A stretch of DNA of 64,000 nucleotides, from assembly GCF_030028105.1 (NCBI RefSeq), contig NW_027278579.1, positions 1 to 64,000 on the forward strand, in the 5' to 3' direction. The stretch is from Mobula birostris. Its lineage: Eukaryota. Positions 47,410 to 61,548 of the stretch are shown in pieces. The notes beneath the pieces were generated by a model that saw only the letters and a list, made by a program, of their open reading frames with translations, had not been told where the DNA came from and did no database searches. Position numbers and translations under genes: made by a program. Each line of letters opens with the position of its first letter. Positions within the stretch are counted from its first letter, which is position 1.

Positions 47410-48570
47410 TCAGAATCAGGTTTAATATCACTGGCATATGGCATCAGTAAAATGCAATACCTCATAAGAACTGTAAATTATAGCAATAAATATATATAAA
47501 AAAGTTAAATTGAGTAAGAATTGCAAAAAGAGAAATAAAAGCCGTGACCTAGTGTTAATGGGTTCAATGTCCATCAGAAATCTGATGGCAGAGGGGAAGA
47601 AACTGTTTCTGAATCGTTGAGTGTGTGCCTCACCCTAACCCTAACCACCTTCCTGATGAAAAGAGGGCATGACCTGAGTGATGGGGGTCCTTAATAATGG
47701 ATGCCACCTTTTTAGGCCATTGCTCCTTGTAGTTGTCCTTGAAATACCCATGATGGAGTTGACTGAGTTTACAATTTTCTGCAGCTTATTTCAATCCTGT
47801 GCAGTGGCCCCTCCCTCTCCATACCAGTCGATGATGCAACCAGTTAGAATGCTCTCCATGGTATATCTGTAGAAATTTGCAAATGTCTTTGAAAACATGC
47901 AAAATTTCCTCAGACTCCTCATGAAATATAGTGGCTGCTGTGCCTTCTTTGTAACTGCGTCAATATGTTGGGCTCAGGATAGATCCTCAGATGTTGACAG
48001 CCAGGAACTTGAAATTACTCACCCTCTCCACTTCTAGTCCCTCGAAGAGGATTAGTGTGTGTTCCCTTGTCTTACCCTTTCTGGAGTTCACTGTCAATTC
48101 TTTGGTCTTACTGGCATCGAGTGCAAGATTATTGCTGTGACAGCACTGAACTGGCTTGTCTATCTCACTCCTGTGCGCCCTCTTGTCTCTGCCTGAATTT
48201 CTGCCAACAATAGTTGTGTAGTCAGCAAATCTGTAGATAATATTTGAGCCATAGCTAGCTACACAGTCATGGGTGTAGCGAGAATCGAGCACTGGGCTGG
48301 GTGGACATCTCTGAGGTGTGCCGGTGTGGATCATCAGTGAGGTAGAGATGTTATTCCTGATCTGCACAGACTGCTGTCTTCCAGTAAGGAAGTCGAGGAT
48401 CCAGTTGCAGAGGGAGATACAGAGGCCCAGATTATTGATGAATGGCTGTGTTAAACACTAAGGTGTAGTCAATAAACAGCATCCTGACAGAGGTATTTGT
48501 ATTGTCCAAATGACCCAAGGCCACAGGTGAGATCACATCGACTGTAGACATATTGTGGTGATAGGCAAAT
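47410..48570 (-). mobile_element. Rex1-like LINE fragments
   Basis: [40 protein letters not shown]. Confidence 0.8.
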
Positions 48571-48574
48571 CGTT

Positions 48575-51560
48575 TGTGGAAATATATCTGTAATCCTGAA
48601 GTCTTTATGAATTAGTAACTTCTGAGCAATGTAATGTGACAAAATGGAACCCAGGAAATCCCAAGGTGTGTTGCTGGTTTGGATGGGAAGCTTACAAGTC
48701 TGTGTGTTTAATGATAGGAAGCTGTGTGTTCATTATTATGACAGGAGATTTGTTTTATGGCTGGGGGCATGTTTTGACAACGGGTAAACAGGGCAGAGCT
48801 TCTGAAGGTCAAATGTCAGAACTAATTACTGATGAAGATAACAGAGGAATGTTATGGAATGGAGCAACCTCATTGCTGTTCTCTGTAAAAAGCATAATAC
48901 TGCTTTGTTTGAGATTTAAGTTCGAAGTTGTTTTCCAGACAATACTTGGCTGGAAAATAGAACTTCCCTTGCAAGTAAAATAATAAATTATACCTATAAT
49001 CTGATCCACTCTGAATTTGTTATAGTTTGTTACATTATATTAAAAGACCGAGTTGAATGGTACACGACAGAATTTGAAAGTTCCACCAAGATTCACTTGT
49101 CTAGGTTCGACAGCGACATGGGAAATTGAGAGGACCGAAATGCCTCAGGGAATCTCCTCAGCATTTGCGGTTGCCAAAGGAAAAGTAAGTTTCTTTCGCT
49201 TCTGTGGATTTGTTACCCTTGGCAGCTGGATTTCAGTTTTATCTCGCTTTCACCCTCTTCACTGCGATCAATGCTATGGAGTTGCACGGGTCAGCTTCTG
49301 GTCATGATTCCGACGCATTCAGCGTGACGATAGAGACTTTGAGTAAGAAAAGAGGTGAAGCTTTAGGTCGACCCAGCATCTGGGACGTGTGAAAGAGATG
49401 TGCTCAAATGTACGGGATGGTTTCAGTGTTGTGGACACTTATACAGGAAATCAGCACATGGAAAGAAAAGTAACACTGGAAATCATACAATGTGTTTAAG
49501 GCAGACACAAAAGCTGCAGAGCCAGAGGAGTAACTGAATATTGTGGTGACGGTTTAACCCTTAGGAGCAAGAAATTTTCTGAAAAGATTTGCACTGTGAG
49601 TTCATTTGATGGAGAGAGACTGTGTGTGTCTGTGAGAGAGTTAAGAAACTGTGCCTTTGGGGTGTCAGAGACCCACCATTAGCTTTTCTCTCTTGCTTCT
49701 TTGAAAAATGTTTGTGAAAGCTTTTGACGGTGGGAATTAACTACCTATTTCAAGTTTTGCTGTTACTTGTAAGAAGAACAGTACAAGCATGGACTTTTTT
49801 TTTGTTTTGTCTTATTTCCTTTTTCTCATGGAATTGATATTAGAGAAACACAAATTTCTTACTGGCCAGGCATCATCTGGGTTGAGGTGAAAATTTGTGC
49901 ATCTCTATTCTGGATATGAGATGCCCACATTTCTGTGGGAAAAGGGCATTTGAATCAGAATCAGAATCCTTTATTATCGCCAAGTATGTGGACACATACA
50001 GGGAATTTGATGAGCTCTCGCTGTACAGAATCAAAAAGCAAACAAAACAATAGTGCAAATAATCGTGAACTATATACAATGAGGTACACCTGTGTATGTA
50101 CAGGTGGACTTGGTTTATAACAGACTAAAATTCAAGTGTTCATAAGACTGATGGCATATGGAAAGAAACTGTTCTTGTACCTATTTGTCCTGGCATACAG
50201 TGAGCTAAGGTGCCTACCAGAAGGAAGGAGTTGGAACAGATGATATCCAGGGTGTGATGGGTCTACAATGATGCTGCTTTCTCGGTCCCTGACTCTAGAT
50301 GCATATAGGTCCTGGATCGAGGGCAGCTTCACACTAATAATCCTTTCCGCAGCCCTGACGGTTCTTTGGAGTCTATTCTTGTCTTGTTTGGTAGCTGATC
50401 CAAACCAGACAGTGATGGATGAACAGAGAACAGACTGGATTATTCCTGAACAGAATTGGATCAGCAGCTCCTGAGTTAGGTTGTACTTCCTGAGTTGACG
50501 TAGGAAATACAACCTCTGCTGAGCCTTTTTGATAACAGTGTCCGCGTTGGGTGTCCACTTCAGGTCCTGGAAGATTGTGACACCCAGAAACCTGAAGGTT
50601 GGGGGGCTCCTCCTGAAGTCCACTGTCATCGCCACAGTCTTGAGCGTATTCAGCTCCAGATTGTTCTGACCACACCAGAGGGCCAGCCGTTCCACCACCC
50701 GTCTGTATGCAGACTCATCACTGTCTCGGATAAGGCCAATGACAGGGGAAATTACTCATTGGTCAATAATTATATTGGGAATGTGACATTAACAATTTTG
50801 GAAAGATTCAAATATTTTTGAGAGCAATTCTAAAAGTTGCTTCAGTAATAAGACTGTTTTCTTTTATAGAACGTAAAAGATGTTGTCCGAGACCTTTAAC
50901 ATATTGATTTTGAGTTTGAGATTCATTGGAAAATAGTTTTGATGCAATCAGTGCTTTGTCATGTAATTTCTTTCCCCACTGGGGACTCCACTCTAATACA
51001 GTACAAGGATGGCCTCCTGTTGACCTTTCCAAGCAAGAAAACTTGTGAGCAGGGCTCCCTCTACCATTATGAAACCTGTTTTTACTGGTGTCTCTGGAGA
51101 TGTGGCTCATTAGCCTTTCGCAAATGGCCACTGGACTCAGTGGTGAGAAAACCACCTTTTTCAAACTCTGTATGTCTAAGGTCAGTATGAATTGGATCCC
51201 ACCAAATCCCCCGCTGTCATTACATTAGACCTAGTGTGCAGGCCTAACTGGTCAGTGATCACGTCACTCACACGGTCTCAACCAATAACAGGCGTGGATC
51301 TGATTGGGTCAACCCAGTGAAACCCCCAGGTCCTGTCAGTCATTGCCCCACCCCGGTGGGAGGGGTAAAAGTGGGCAGAGCACCTGCCTAATACAGAATA
51401 TACAGAGCCTCGTATATTCAGGCAGGAAAACCCAATCCCCACCCCACACACTTGGAGCGAGCTGATGGCTGATTCAGCCGTGATCCGTCACTCACAGATG
51501 TGTCAACAAGGGCCAGTCATGGCATCTCTGCTCCGTGGCCAACTCGTCCATGAACCTAAC
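48575..51560 (+). mobile_element. LTR retroelement 5' LTR (~48575-49069), tRNA-Gln-type PBS (49075-49092) and decayed leader, interrupted by a Rex1-like LINE (49960-50745, minus)
   Basis: TG...CA block with aataaa, followed by TGAAAGTTCCACCAAGAT versus PBS-Gln TGGAGGTTCCACCGAGAT; the right-hand extent is uncertain. Confidence 0.55.
49960..50745 (-). mobile_element. Rex1-like LINE 3' part
   Basis: ORF 50132-50698: WCGQNNLELNTLKT..KKAQQRLYFLRQLRK..KNSFFPYAI. Confidence 0.85.
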
Positions 51561-52516
51561 AGAAATCAATCAGGCAATCAATAAATTGGCGATTATACTC
51601 CAGCTGCTGGTCAAATCTCAGAGGACAATGGGGACTATGGAGTGAGATAGATTGTCTGGTTGAGTGGTGCAGCGATATAACTCCACACTCAACATCAGCT
51701 AGACCGAAGAGTTGATAGTGGAGTTCAGGAAAACACATCGGCGTGGAGTCAGTGTTGGAAAGGGTGAGCAGCTTCATGTCAGCCCCTTGGAGGATCTATC
51801 CTGGGTCCAACACCTTGATGTAGTCATGAAGAAGGCACCCACCAGCAGCAATGCTTCATCAGAAGTTGTATCATCAAAGACTTGCAAATACTGGTGTACG
51901 GTGGAGAGCATTCTGACTGGTTATGTCACCACTGGGCGTGGACTGCAATGTACAGGATCTTAAGTGTCTGCAGAGGGATGTCGACTCAGCTAGTTCATTC
52001 ACGGGTACATGTCTCCTCAACAGCCAGTACATCTTCAAATGGCTGTGCTTCTTTAAGGCGGCATCCATCATTTAAGGGCCCTTCCAGGACAAGCCAGGGA
52101 GGAGGTATAGGAGACAATGGTATAATAACAGCTTAATCCCCTCAGCCAACAGATTTCTGAATGGTTTGTGAACCAACGAACAGTACTGGTGTAACTCTCT
52201 TGCAATTTTCATTTATTTTTGTAAGGTATAGTAATTTTGTGTCTTTGCCCTGCACGGCTGCTGCTGCACGCTAACAAATTTCCTGACAATACTTCCTATT
52301 CTGGCAAAGGGCTGCAGAGGAGGCTGGTTTGAAAGGTCAGAGACCTCACATAGCTGACAATTAGGCAAACTAGACCCCAATATTGCCTTGGTGATGGGAG
52401 GCAGAAGGTGCAGAGAAACTGAGGAGTGTGCTTTGCACTGATTTGATTAATTTCTGGTTGAATTGTAAGGCACAAACAATCTAGTTTGGGAATGCGAGGG
52501 TAGATTTAAAAAAAAG

Positions 52517-53457
52517 AGAAAATCTGCAGATGCTGGAACTCTGAGCAACACACACACAAGGTGCAGGAGGAACTCAGCAAGCCAGGATGCATCTGGGAAA
52601 AGAGGGCAGTTGATGTTTCAGGCCAAAATCCTTTGGCAGGACTGGAGAAAAAGCTAAAGAACAGATTTAAAACAACAGACATAAAAGTTGCTGGTGAACG
52701 CAGCAGGCTGGGCAGCATCTCCAGGAAGAGGTACAGTCGATGTTTCGGGCCGAGACCCTTCGTCAGGACTAACTGAAGGAAGAGCTAGTAAGAGATTTGA
52801 AAGTGGGAAGAGGAGGGGGAGATCCGAAATGATAGGAGAAGACAGGAGGGGGAGGGATGGGGCCAAGGGCTGGACAGGTGATCGGTAAAAGGGGTTACAA
52901 GAGGATCATGGGACAGGAGGCCTAGGGAGAAAGGAAAGGGGGAGTGGGGGAGAAACCCAGAGGATGGGCAAGGGGTATAGTGAGAGGGACAGAGGGAGAA
53001 AAAGGAGAGAGAGAGAAAGAATGCGTGTATATAAATAAATAACAGATGGGGTACGAGGGGGAGGAGGGGCATTAGCGGAAGCTAGAGAAGTCGATGTTCA
53101 TGCCATCAGGTTGGAGGCTACCCAGAAGGTGTTGTTCCTTTTCTGAGTTCCTTTTCATTCTCCCTGGGCCTCCTGTCCCATGATCCTCTCATATCCCTTT
53201 TGCCAATCACCTGTCCAGCTCTTGGCTCCATCCCTCCATTTCCTGTCTTCTCCTATCATTTTGGATCTCCACCTCCCCCTTCCCCTCCCACTTTCAAATC
53301 TCTTGATAACTCTTCCTTCAGTTAGTCCTGACGAAGGGTCTCGGCCCGAAACGTCGACTGTACCTCTTCCTGGAGATGCTGCCTGGCCTGCTGCGATCAC
53401 CAGCAACTTTTCTGTCTGTTGCTTGAAATTCCAGCATCTGCAGATTTCCTCGTGTTT
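52517..53457. mobile_element. Inverted pair of Penelope-like pseudo-LTR ends with hammerhead motifs (52734-52771 minus, 53323-53360 plus)
   Basis: 52670-53140 is the reverse complement of the 17105-17570 family; 53155-53457 is the same family in forward orientation. Confidence 0.82.
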
Positions 53458-53863
53458 CCGAACAGATTTAAAAGGTGGGGGAGAGAAACACAAGGTGAGG
53501 GGTGCAAGGAGATAAATCAGATTTCGCGCGCGGGAGAGAAGCCCGCTCCCATTGGTGAACAGAGATGTCAGTGAACCCACACTATCCAATCGCTTTGATT
53601 CCCTGCCCTTTCCCCCATTACCGGGCTGTTGCTGTCCCGAGCGATGTTTGCTTGTTTCATTCGGGTTTGTTTAAAGTTTTCTTGATCCCTTCTCTGTGGT
53701 GTGTTATTTGCCAGAGTCCCCTCCCCTTTGTAGTACAACAGTCGTGTTTAATATTCCTTTTTCCTGCGTGGAGTTGCCGTCTGTCCAGCCGACAATCCCT
53801 GCACTGCAGGCGTTCAGCGGCTCACGGAAAGTTAAAGAATTTTCAACTGAAAGAGTTGGAAAC

Positions 53864-56800
53864 ATGGCCTCTAGACAGTACGTACAGAGTTTAGCCGAGG
53901 AGGCAGTTGGTCCCATTTGCCTTGATTTCTTCACCACTCCGGTAACACTGGACTGTGGACACAACTTCTGCCTCTCCTGTATCACCCAGTGTTGGGAAAA
54001 GGAGGGGAGAAACTGCTGTCCGGAATGTAGAGCAAAGTTCGCAGACAGATACCTCAGGGTAAACTGGGCCCTGGCAAGTCCGGCTGAGAAGGCTCAACAA
54101 TTAAACCTGAATCAGAAAGAGACGGAGATGAGATCTCAGTGTGAGAGACATCAGGAGGAACTGAAGCTGTTTTGTGACACGGACAAGCAGCTGACCTGTC
54201 TGATTTGTAGAGACACGAGAGAACACAAGTCTCACAACTTCATGCCCATTGAAGAAGCTGTTGAGATTTACAAGGTGAGTACAAGCAGTCTTTATCACCT
54301 GAATATTTATGGTGTTCTTATTTTACTGATGTTTTCTTCTTGAACCCAATCCCAGTGTCAAGTAAAATCATCGTTCAAATCTCTGACAGAGAAGAAATCT
54401 GCCATCAAGAAGTTAGAACAGCGACAGAAACAGGAGATTTCTGGAGTGAGGGTGAGATCTGCTTCCAGTTTTCCGGGTCTGTGTGGTTTAATTCTCTTTA
54501 TTGCAGGGTAATATCAACCATCACGTTTCATTTGACAGGAACAGTCACACACTGTGCAGGCCAACATCACATCTGAATTTGCTAAAATACACCAGGTTCT
54601 GGCTGAGAGAGAGCAGCGCTTACTGAGCGATCTCAGGGCAGAGGAGGAGAAGATTCTGAACGCCATGGAGAAAAATCTTCAGGAGATTGAAGAGAATTTA
54701 GCCTCCGTTGAGGAGAAACTCTCCAAGTTACAGGAACAGATGAATGAGGAAGACAGTGTGATGTTTCTGAAGGTGAGGGATTGTTGTTCAGTGAAAGCCC
54801 ACAGTCTGTTCTGGAGCAGACCTGCTCTTGTCACCACACTAATAGATCAAGGGTCTGTCTGGTCTTCCCCGGGATTGAGCTGCTGGGACCTGCATGCTGA
54901 GTTATTGATTACTTTGTGCAGCCGAAATGTAATATTCCCCTGAACCTCGCGTTACAATCCATTCGCCATCCCTCGCAGTGAGAACGTGGATGTTCAGTCC
55001 CAGTCAATTCAGATCTGTGTTTTATTTATTACAGCAGGAATTGTGTCAGGACAGGAGGTAGGACAGACCCTTTACTGAAACTCTGCACCGTTTGGTAAAT
55101 AATAATAAAAATAAATAATAGTTCCAGTGACTTTATAACCCACTGTTTGATTTTACAGGGTTAGTGAGGAAACTCAGACATTGTCTGTAACAGAAGGTGT
55201 CATAACCATTGGAAAATTCAGGGACACAATATTGAGAGGGATGTTTGATGCCATGAAGCAAGGTAGAGTTTGTATCAATTCCTGTGTTCTGGTTTATTGT
55301 AAAAGTGAAATTACATGGACTGAAGTGGTAATTGTTAAAGGGATCCTGTAGGTAGTGGTATTGTGAATATGACAATCAACTGGAGTGTGACTCTATCTCT
55401 CTGTCTCGATCTCTTTCTTTGTCTCTACCCTCAATATCACTCTGTTTCAGTGTTTCTCTATCACTCTGACTCTCTCTCTTCATCCCTGTTATCTCTATCT
55501 GTCTCTGTCTTTCGCTGTTTCTCTGTGTCTATCTATGTCTATCTCAGTCTATGTCAATTTCTCTCTCTGTCTTTATCTGTTTTTCTATATCTTCCTGTCT
55601 CTGCCTCTGCATATCTCACTATTTTCATGTCTCTGTCTAACTCTCCCCTGTATCTCTCACTCTCTCTATCACCCTCTTCTTTCTCTCAATGTCACGCTGT
55701 CAGCCCCTCTACGCAGCCTCCCACTCCCCCCATCTCAGCCCGTTTCCCCCCCATCTCCCCTCTCCCTCTCAGAGGTAGATAGAGACACAGAGGTGGGGAG
55801 AGGGGAAGAGCGAGGTGAATTGTGTGTGTGTGTGTCTCTCCCTCCCTCACACACACTCACACTGTCTCTGTCTCAGATGTTGCCTGAACTGCTGAAGATT
55901 TCCAGCTCCTTTTGTTTTGGGACAGCTCTGTCCCTGTCCTCACACCCACCTCCCTCCTCCCCACAATCCTCAGGATCCCTCTAATTCTCTGCTTCTCCCC
56001 CCAGTCTATGAGACCCTGTGCATTGAGGTGTCTGAGGATCCGAGTCGTGTGAGAGGGACCGGGACCCAGATGAGTTTCTCCGACTCCGAGAACAGGTTAA
56101 GACTATAAGACATTGGTTTATCAGTTTGTTTTCTGTTCTGGGATCAAAGGGATTCACATCAGGAAGACATCACTGGTAAGTGAAGGTGGTGGGGAATCTG
56201 GGCTGGAGGGTGGGAGTATCCACAGAACCTGCAGCCTCTCTGTAGCATGGTACGGTGTCACGAGAGTTAGTGCTGCTGCCACTCAGCTCCACAGACCAGA
56301 ATTCAATAACGGCCTTTGGTGTCTCTGTGGAGTTTGCACGCTCCCCCCTGTGACTCTGTGAGTTTCCCCGGGTGATCCAGTTTTCTCCCTCATTCCAGAG
56401 ACCTGCAGGTCGAGCAGGTAATTGGAGGCTGTCAGTTCCCACTGGTGTGTAGGTCAGTGGTAAAAGGACCCAGATGGGAGTGTGAGAGAGAATAAGTGAC
56501 AGGGAAGTGGGGAGCTACAGCGGTGATGTGATCGAGACAGGATCCATTTACTCATCTAGTTATGAGCTATAAATCCCTGGTGAGAGGGAATAAACCAGCA
56601 GGAACAGAAATGGGAGAGGATGAAGTGTAAATTAATTGAAATTACAGTTGTCAGTACAATAATTTTACCAGCTTCTAAATTAATGTGTTCTCTTTAATAA
56701 ATACTGATGTTGGAGATGTAAATGTTGAAGCATTCTGGTTCTCCATGGGTTCAGCAGCAGCTGGGAACAGGGAACCCTGAGCTCCAGGATCCCCCGTCTC

Positions 56801-57382
56801 CCAAACACTGTTGTTTCAGTGTTGCTGTCACCCTGTGTCTCTCAGGTTGTTGTGGAAATGGCTCTGATGGAAGTGTGATCCCTGTTATGTCAGAGAGAGG
56901 GAAATTACTTCAGGGTCACTTTGGTAACAGTGTTTCTCGCTCTGTGTTTAGTGAGGAGGACAATGCCCCTGGAGATTGGGGAATGAAACTGTTGTCTGAG
57001 ACTCTGAGGGACCCGGAGTGTAAAATACAGAAACTGGGGTAAGTACCAGACTGTGGGTCTGTTGATCTTTGTGTGGGTAAAGTTCCAATAATGTCCCAGT
57101 TCTGTCCTGGTGAGCCCCTGCATCACTGTTCAAACCATTGATGGTTACCTGTGGAGGTTTACACTGAATCTGTTTGTTTCTCTCTTCTGTTTCCTCTCGG
57201 TCCATCAGGTTGACAGCTGATAGTTCCACATCTGATTTTGAGCACTTCCTCTCCACTCTCAGTACAAACCACTCACTGAGAGAGGTGGAGCTGTACCGGA
57301 GTTACAATGAACTGGGAGATTCAGGAGTGAAACTGTTGTCTGAGGCTCTGAGGAACCCAGAGTGTAAAATACACAAACTGGG
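53864..57382 (+). CDS. TRIM-LRR paralogue copy 2 (exons 53864-54274, 54356-54451, 54539-54772, 55035-55057, 55159-55262, 56005-56095, 56952-57038, 57209-57382); RING C16G; later LRR exons not in window
   Basis: Same exon series as copy 1, all open and GT-AG; followed immediately by ERV sequence. Confidence 0.75.
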
Positions 57383-57390
57383 GTAAATAC

Positions 57391-60300
57391 GGAAAAACAG
57401 GCTGCTATTGTTTAATGAAGTGTTGGGCCTTTTACATACTTTCTCATTCCCTCCTTTTGAAATGAAATGAGATATCTTTATTGTCATTCCATAGTACAAT
57501 TTGTCATGCACCAATACAGCGAAAATGAGTTTGCAACTCTCATACTCAATGCTATAAAACAATCAATAAAATCAAGTAACCAGCCAGTACAAGCCATGTC
57601 CAGCAGTACAAAAGCGAAACTCAGATGCATGACAGGTATAAAACCAGTATTAAAATAGCAATGTAACATATTTATGGATGATGCTTGATCGATTGGTTCA
57701 GAGCAATTATAGCTCTGGGGAAAAAGCTATTTTTCGGTCTGGAAGTGTGGGCATAGAAAATCTTATGCAGTCTGCCAGATGGAAGAAGATCAAGCAGATG
57801 ATTGCATGGGTGTGTATTGTCCTTGCAGATGCTTGTAGGTTTCCTTAGGCAGCCAGAGCTGTAGGTGTCCTGCAGGGCTGGGAGCTGTGTCCCGATGATC
57901 TTGTGTGCGCTAGAGACGGCCCGCTGAAGTGCTTTCCTGTCAGCTGCTGTACAGCTGAGATACCACACAGAGATGCAGTATGTTAAGATGCTCGCAATGG
58001 TGCAGCAGTAAAAGATCACCTGCATCTGTTCAGGTAGACCAGCTTTCTTCAGCGTCCTGAGGAAAAACAAGTGTTGCTGTGCTTTCTTAACTATTGTTGT
58101 GGTGTTAGTGGACCATGTAAGGTCTTCTGAGATCATTACATGATCAACAGAGCAGTAATCTCCAAATATCCGGACCTGCCTCTCGGTTTTTTCCCCACTA
58201 CCTTACTTTCCATTTTTCTATTGTCTATTTATGATTTATAATTTAAATTTTTAATATTTACTAGTGATTTGTAATCCAGGGAGCGGGAAGCTCAGAATCA
58301 AATATCGCTGTGATGATTGTAGATTCTAGTATCAATTGTTTGGTGACTATAAGGTATAATTACAGCAGAGCTGCTTTACAGAGAAAGTGACCGAGTACAG
58401 CATTGAGTTATCAGTGGGTAAAATCAGCATACAACATTAATTAATTATAACAATGATAAGTACAACTATCAGGCCATAATGCAATTTCATGCTCCACATA
58501 TAACCGTACAGACCTTTGAACGACCACCATTTAGACCCCATGGCGAACCTGTGTAAATCCTGCCCTACTTTCTTGATGCTGTCTCTCCTTGGCAATGTGC
58601 TCGGAGAGAGACGTAATGTCAGTAGACCCATCAGGGATGTAGCTGCCGCATTCTGTGCCAACGATAGCATAGGTTCACCCTTTCTCAGCTCGGATAAAGT
58701 GTAAAGCCATAGGATTCTGTAGGACTCTTTGTGGGATGGCTAACATTTCCATGGTCACCTCAGCCACCTGAGACTGGGTGCCGAATAGAGCACTGGCAGT
58801 TTCATTTGCCAATTTCTCCAGGGCAGCTGCCAACTTAATGATTTCTTGGGAGTTCCTTGCCGTGCCGTAAGATGGGAAGGGAATCGTCCAGAACCTCTCT
58901 GATACGGTGATTCCTTGTTTCTGCCTCTGCTAGTGGGGGTGATCCCACAGCTCGGGCACTACCCTTAGATTGGGGACTAGGGAAGCTAGATAACAGCACC
59001 CGCTCCATTTCTTAATCCCCACAAACCCAATAGGTGCTATTGAAAGGCCGAGGGAGAAGCCCGCCATTAACATTATAATTATAGATGATGCAAGTGCTGT
59101 TCCCCAGGAAAAGTTTCCCCTGGCGGCTGCAATGACAAGATGTATTTGCCACCCGGGTGCGGGACACACGAAGTGTGGCCAAGAGTCTTCAGGGGAGGAG
59201 GTCATATTCAACAGGGAACTGAGGTACCACCATTCAGAACACTGCCATTTGCAATCACTCAGGGTCCCCTTGCAATTCTGGACTTCACTTCCCCGGATGT
59301 TATTAGAGAATCCCAAAGCAGAGAGCTCCTTGCTGGAATTGAGGGGGACCACTGACAACTGTATCGCAGTCTTTCCATGCTTGTGCACATATCCAGCATT
59401 TCCCTGCTTCTTAGTGTTTGGCAAATTTGTGACAAAGGGACAGGGAAGTAATATGGGCAAAATCAGACAGTAGGGGATGTTTTGGCCGCGGCACTTGGGG
59501 AACTGCTCCCTGTGTGGGCCTTGGGGAAAAGATGGTTCTAACCTGTGGGGAGCTGCCACGTCTTCGGTGGCCACTGCTCCTGTCCTTATGTATGACTCTA
59601 GTTGACTGGAAGCTCACACAAAGAAGGCAAAAGACAACAGCCCAGTACATGGTGAAGACCGTGATAGGGTCCTTAGTTGGTAATTTGTTACAGTCTGTAC
59701 GATGTATCCACTGCGGTTGCCCTTCTGACTTGACTGCCGTGGGTGTGGTGAGTAGCACTTGGAATGGTTCCTTCCTCCGTTGTTCTAGTTTGCCACGGCT
59801 CCAGTTCTTAATGAGTACGTATCCTCGGGTTCAATGTTGAGGTAGTCGCCTTCTCTTGTCATATCGTCTTCGTCCTTGTCTGCCTGATGCACCTGTGAAT
59901 GTAAGGCTGAGAGAATCTTAGTTAGGTAGCCAGTTTCTGTCAGGAGTGAGAGGCCACGCAGGGGTCCTCAGGTTTTCCAAAGATGATTTCAGCTGGTGAC
60001 TATCCCATGTTTTCTCGGGGGGGCGGCCCTCATATGGAATAATGCTAAGGGCAATACCTTTAACCAATTAAGCCCAATTTCCTCTGTCAGTTTTGCCAAT
60101 TTGGGTTTTTAACATATCGATTCCCCTCTCCACTGTACCTGCAGCCTGGGGATGGTGAGAGCAATGGAATTGTTGTTTGATGGATAAGGCATTGCAGAGT
60201 TCCTCATTTACAGTTGCTACAAAGTGGGGACTGTTATCGGAACTCAATATTTCTGGTAGCCCATGCTGGGGAATTACTTCTCGCATCAGTATTTTAGCTG

Positions 60301-61218
60301 CTGTCAGGGCTTATTAGGAGCCTCATGAGATTTGGCATGTCAACAAATACACTCCAAAACTTCTATAGTTATACCGTGGAGAGCATTCTGACAGGCTGCA
60401 TCACTGTCTGGTATAGAGGGGCTACTGCACAGGACCGAGGCAACACTCACAGCACGCTGGAGGAACTCAGCAGGTCGGGCAGCATCTGTGGAAACGAGCG
60501 GTCAACGTTTCAGGCCGGAACCCTTCGTCAGGACTGAAGAGGGAAGGGGCAGAGGCCCTATAAAGAAGGTGGGGAGAGGGTGGGAAGGAGAAGGTTGGTA
60601 GATTCCAGGTGAAAAACCAGTAAGGGGAAAGATAAAGGGGTGGGGGGGTGATAGGCAGGAAAGGTGAAGAAGGAATGATGGAAAGCACAATGGGTTGTAG
60701 AAGGAGGCGGAATCATGAGGGAGGTAGTAGGCAGCTGGGGGAGGAGGCAGAGTATGGTTTTTATCCTTTCTGTTTTTAACCAGACAGGGTATCAGCTGTC
60801 AAATTTTCAAATAATTGTCCTACCTTATACCAGTCTCTCGGCAGATTGGATCTGGGTCCTGTAAAGGTCCTGTGCTGAGGTCTGGGCGAGGGGCAGAGAC
60901 TCACACCTGTATCGTAGGGAGTGACAAAGACAATTCGTCTTTGCAGGTCCAATCGGTCCCTGTAGATAGGATGTTTGGCCTGTCACTTACTCATCCCACC
61001 TCTGTGTCACAATCTCGATGTTGGTACCCTGCTCGCAGCGCCAAATGTGGAAGTCGAATCCGGATAAAGTCACTCAGAGACCCTATAAGGACAAACTCTT
61101 TATTCAAAGCAGCCGAGGCTTACTCAGTTAGTCGCTCAAACAGGAACAGTCTGTCTGTGACTGTTCCTACCTAATCCACCAACTAACTCACAATTCCCCT
61201 TACAGAATGGATATAGTC

Positions 61219-61283
<65 letters not shown>

Positions 61284-61548
61284 GCACAGCTGGAGTCACA
61301 GTACCGAGAGACAAATTACAGAATAAGCATAATAGCCTAATACACAAAACAAACTGGAGCTGTCCTATCTCTACGCATGACTGCACAAGCAGATAAGCAT
61401 CCTGAAACCCTAGCTGGCTACCTTCAAAAAGCAATACTGCTCAGCATTGAATAACAAAATTAGCACATCTGTTGGTCATCAGTGGTTTCTTTCAGAAAAC
61501 AGGCTGCTATTGTTTAACGAAGTGTTAAACCTTTTATATACTTTATCA
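57391..61548 (-). mobile_element. Internally deleted gamma/epsilon-like ERV: 5' LTR 61548-61046, PBS-Ser 61043-61026, integrase C-half, env remnant, PPT, truncated 3' LTR 57446-57391
   Basis: PBS TGGCGCTGCGAGCAGGGT; IN LSSDNSPHF..HHPQAAGTVER; env TM LQNPMALHFIRAEKG*TYAIVGTECGSYIPD; PPT AAAAGGAGGGAA before TGAGAAAG, whose sequence recurs at the LTR start at 61548. Confidence 0.8.
57465..58140 (-). mobile_element. Rex1-like LINE nested in the ERV
   Basis: ORF 57672-58136: ISEDLTWSTNT..KKAQQHLFFLR..KNSFFPRAI. Confidence 0.82.

Noticed and set aside
58400-59740. Domesticated syncytin-like env
   Set aside because: Stop inside the ISD region, mutated CX6CC and frameshifts
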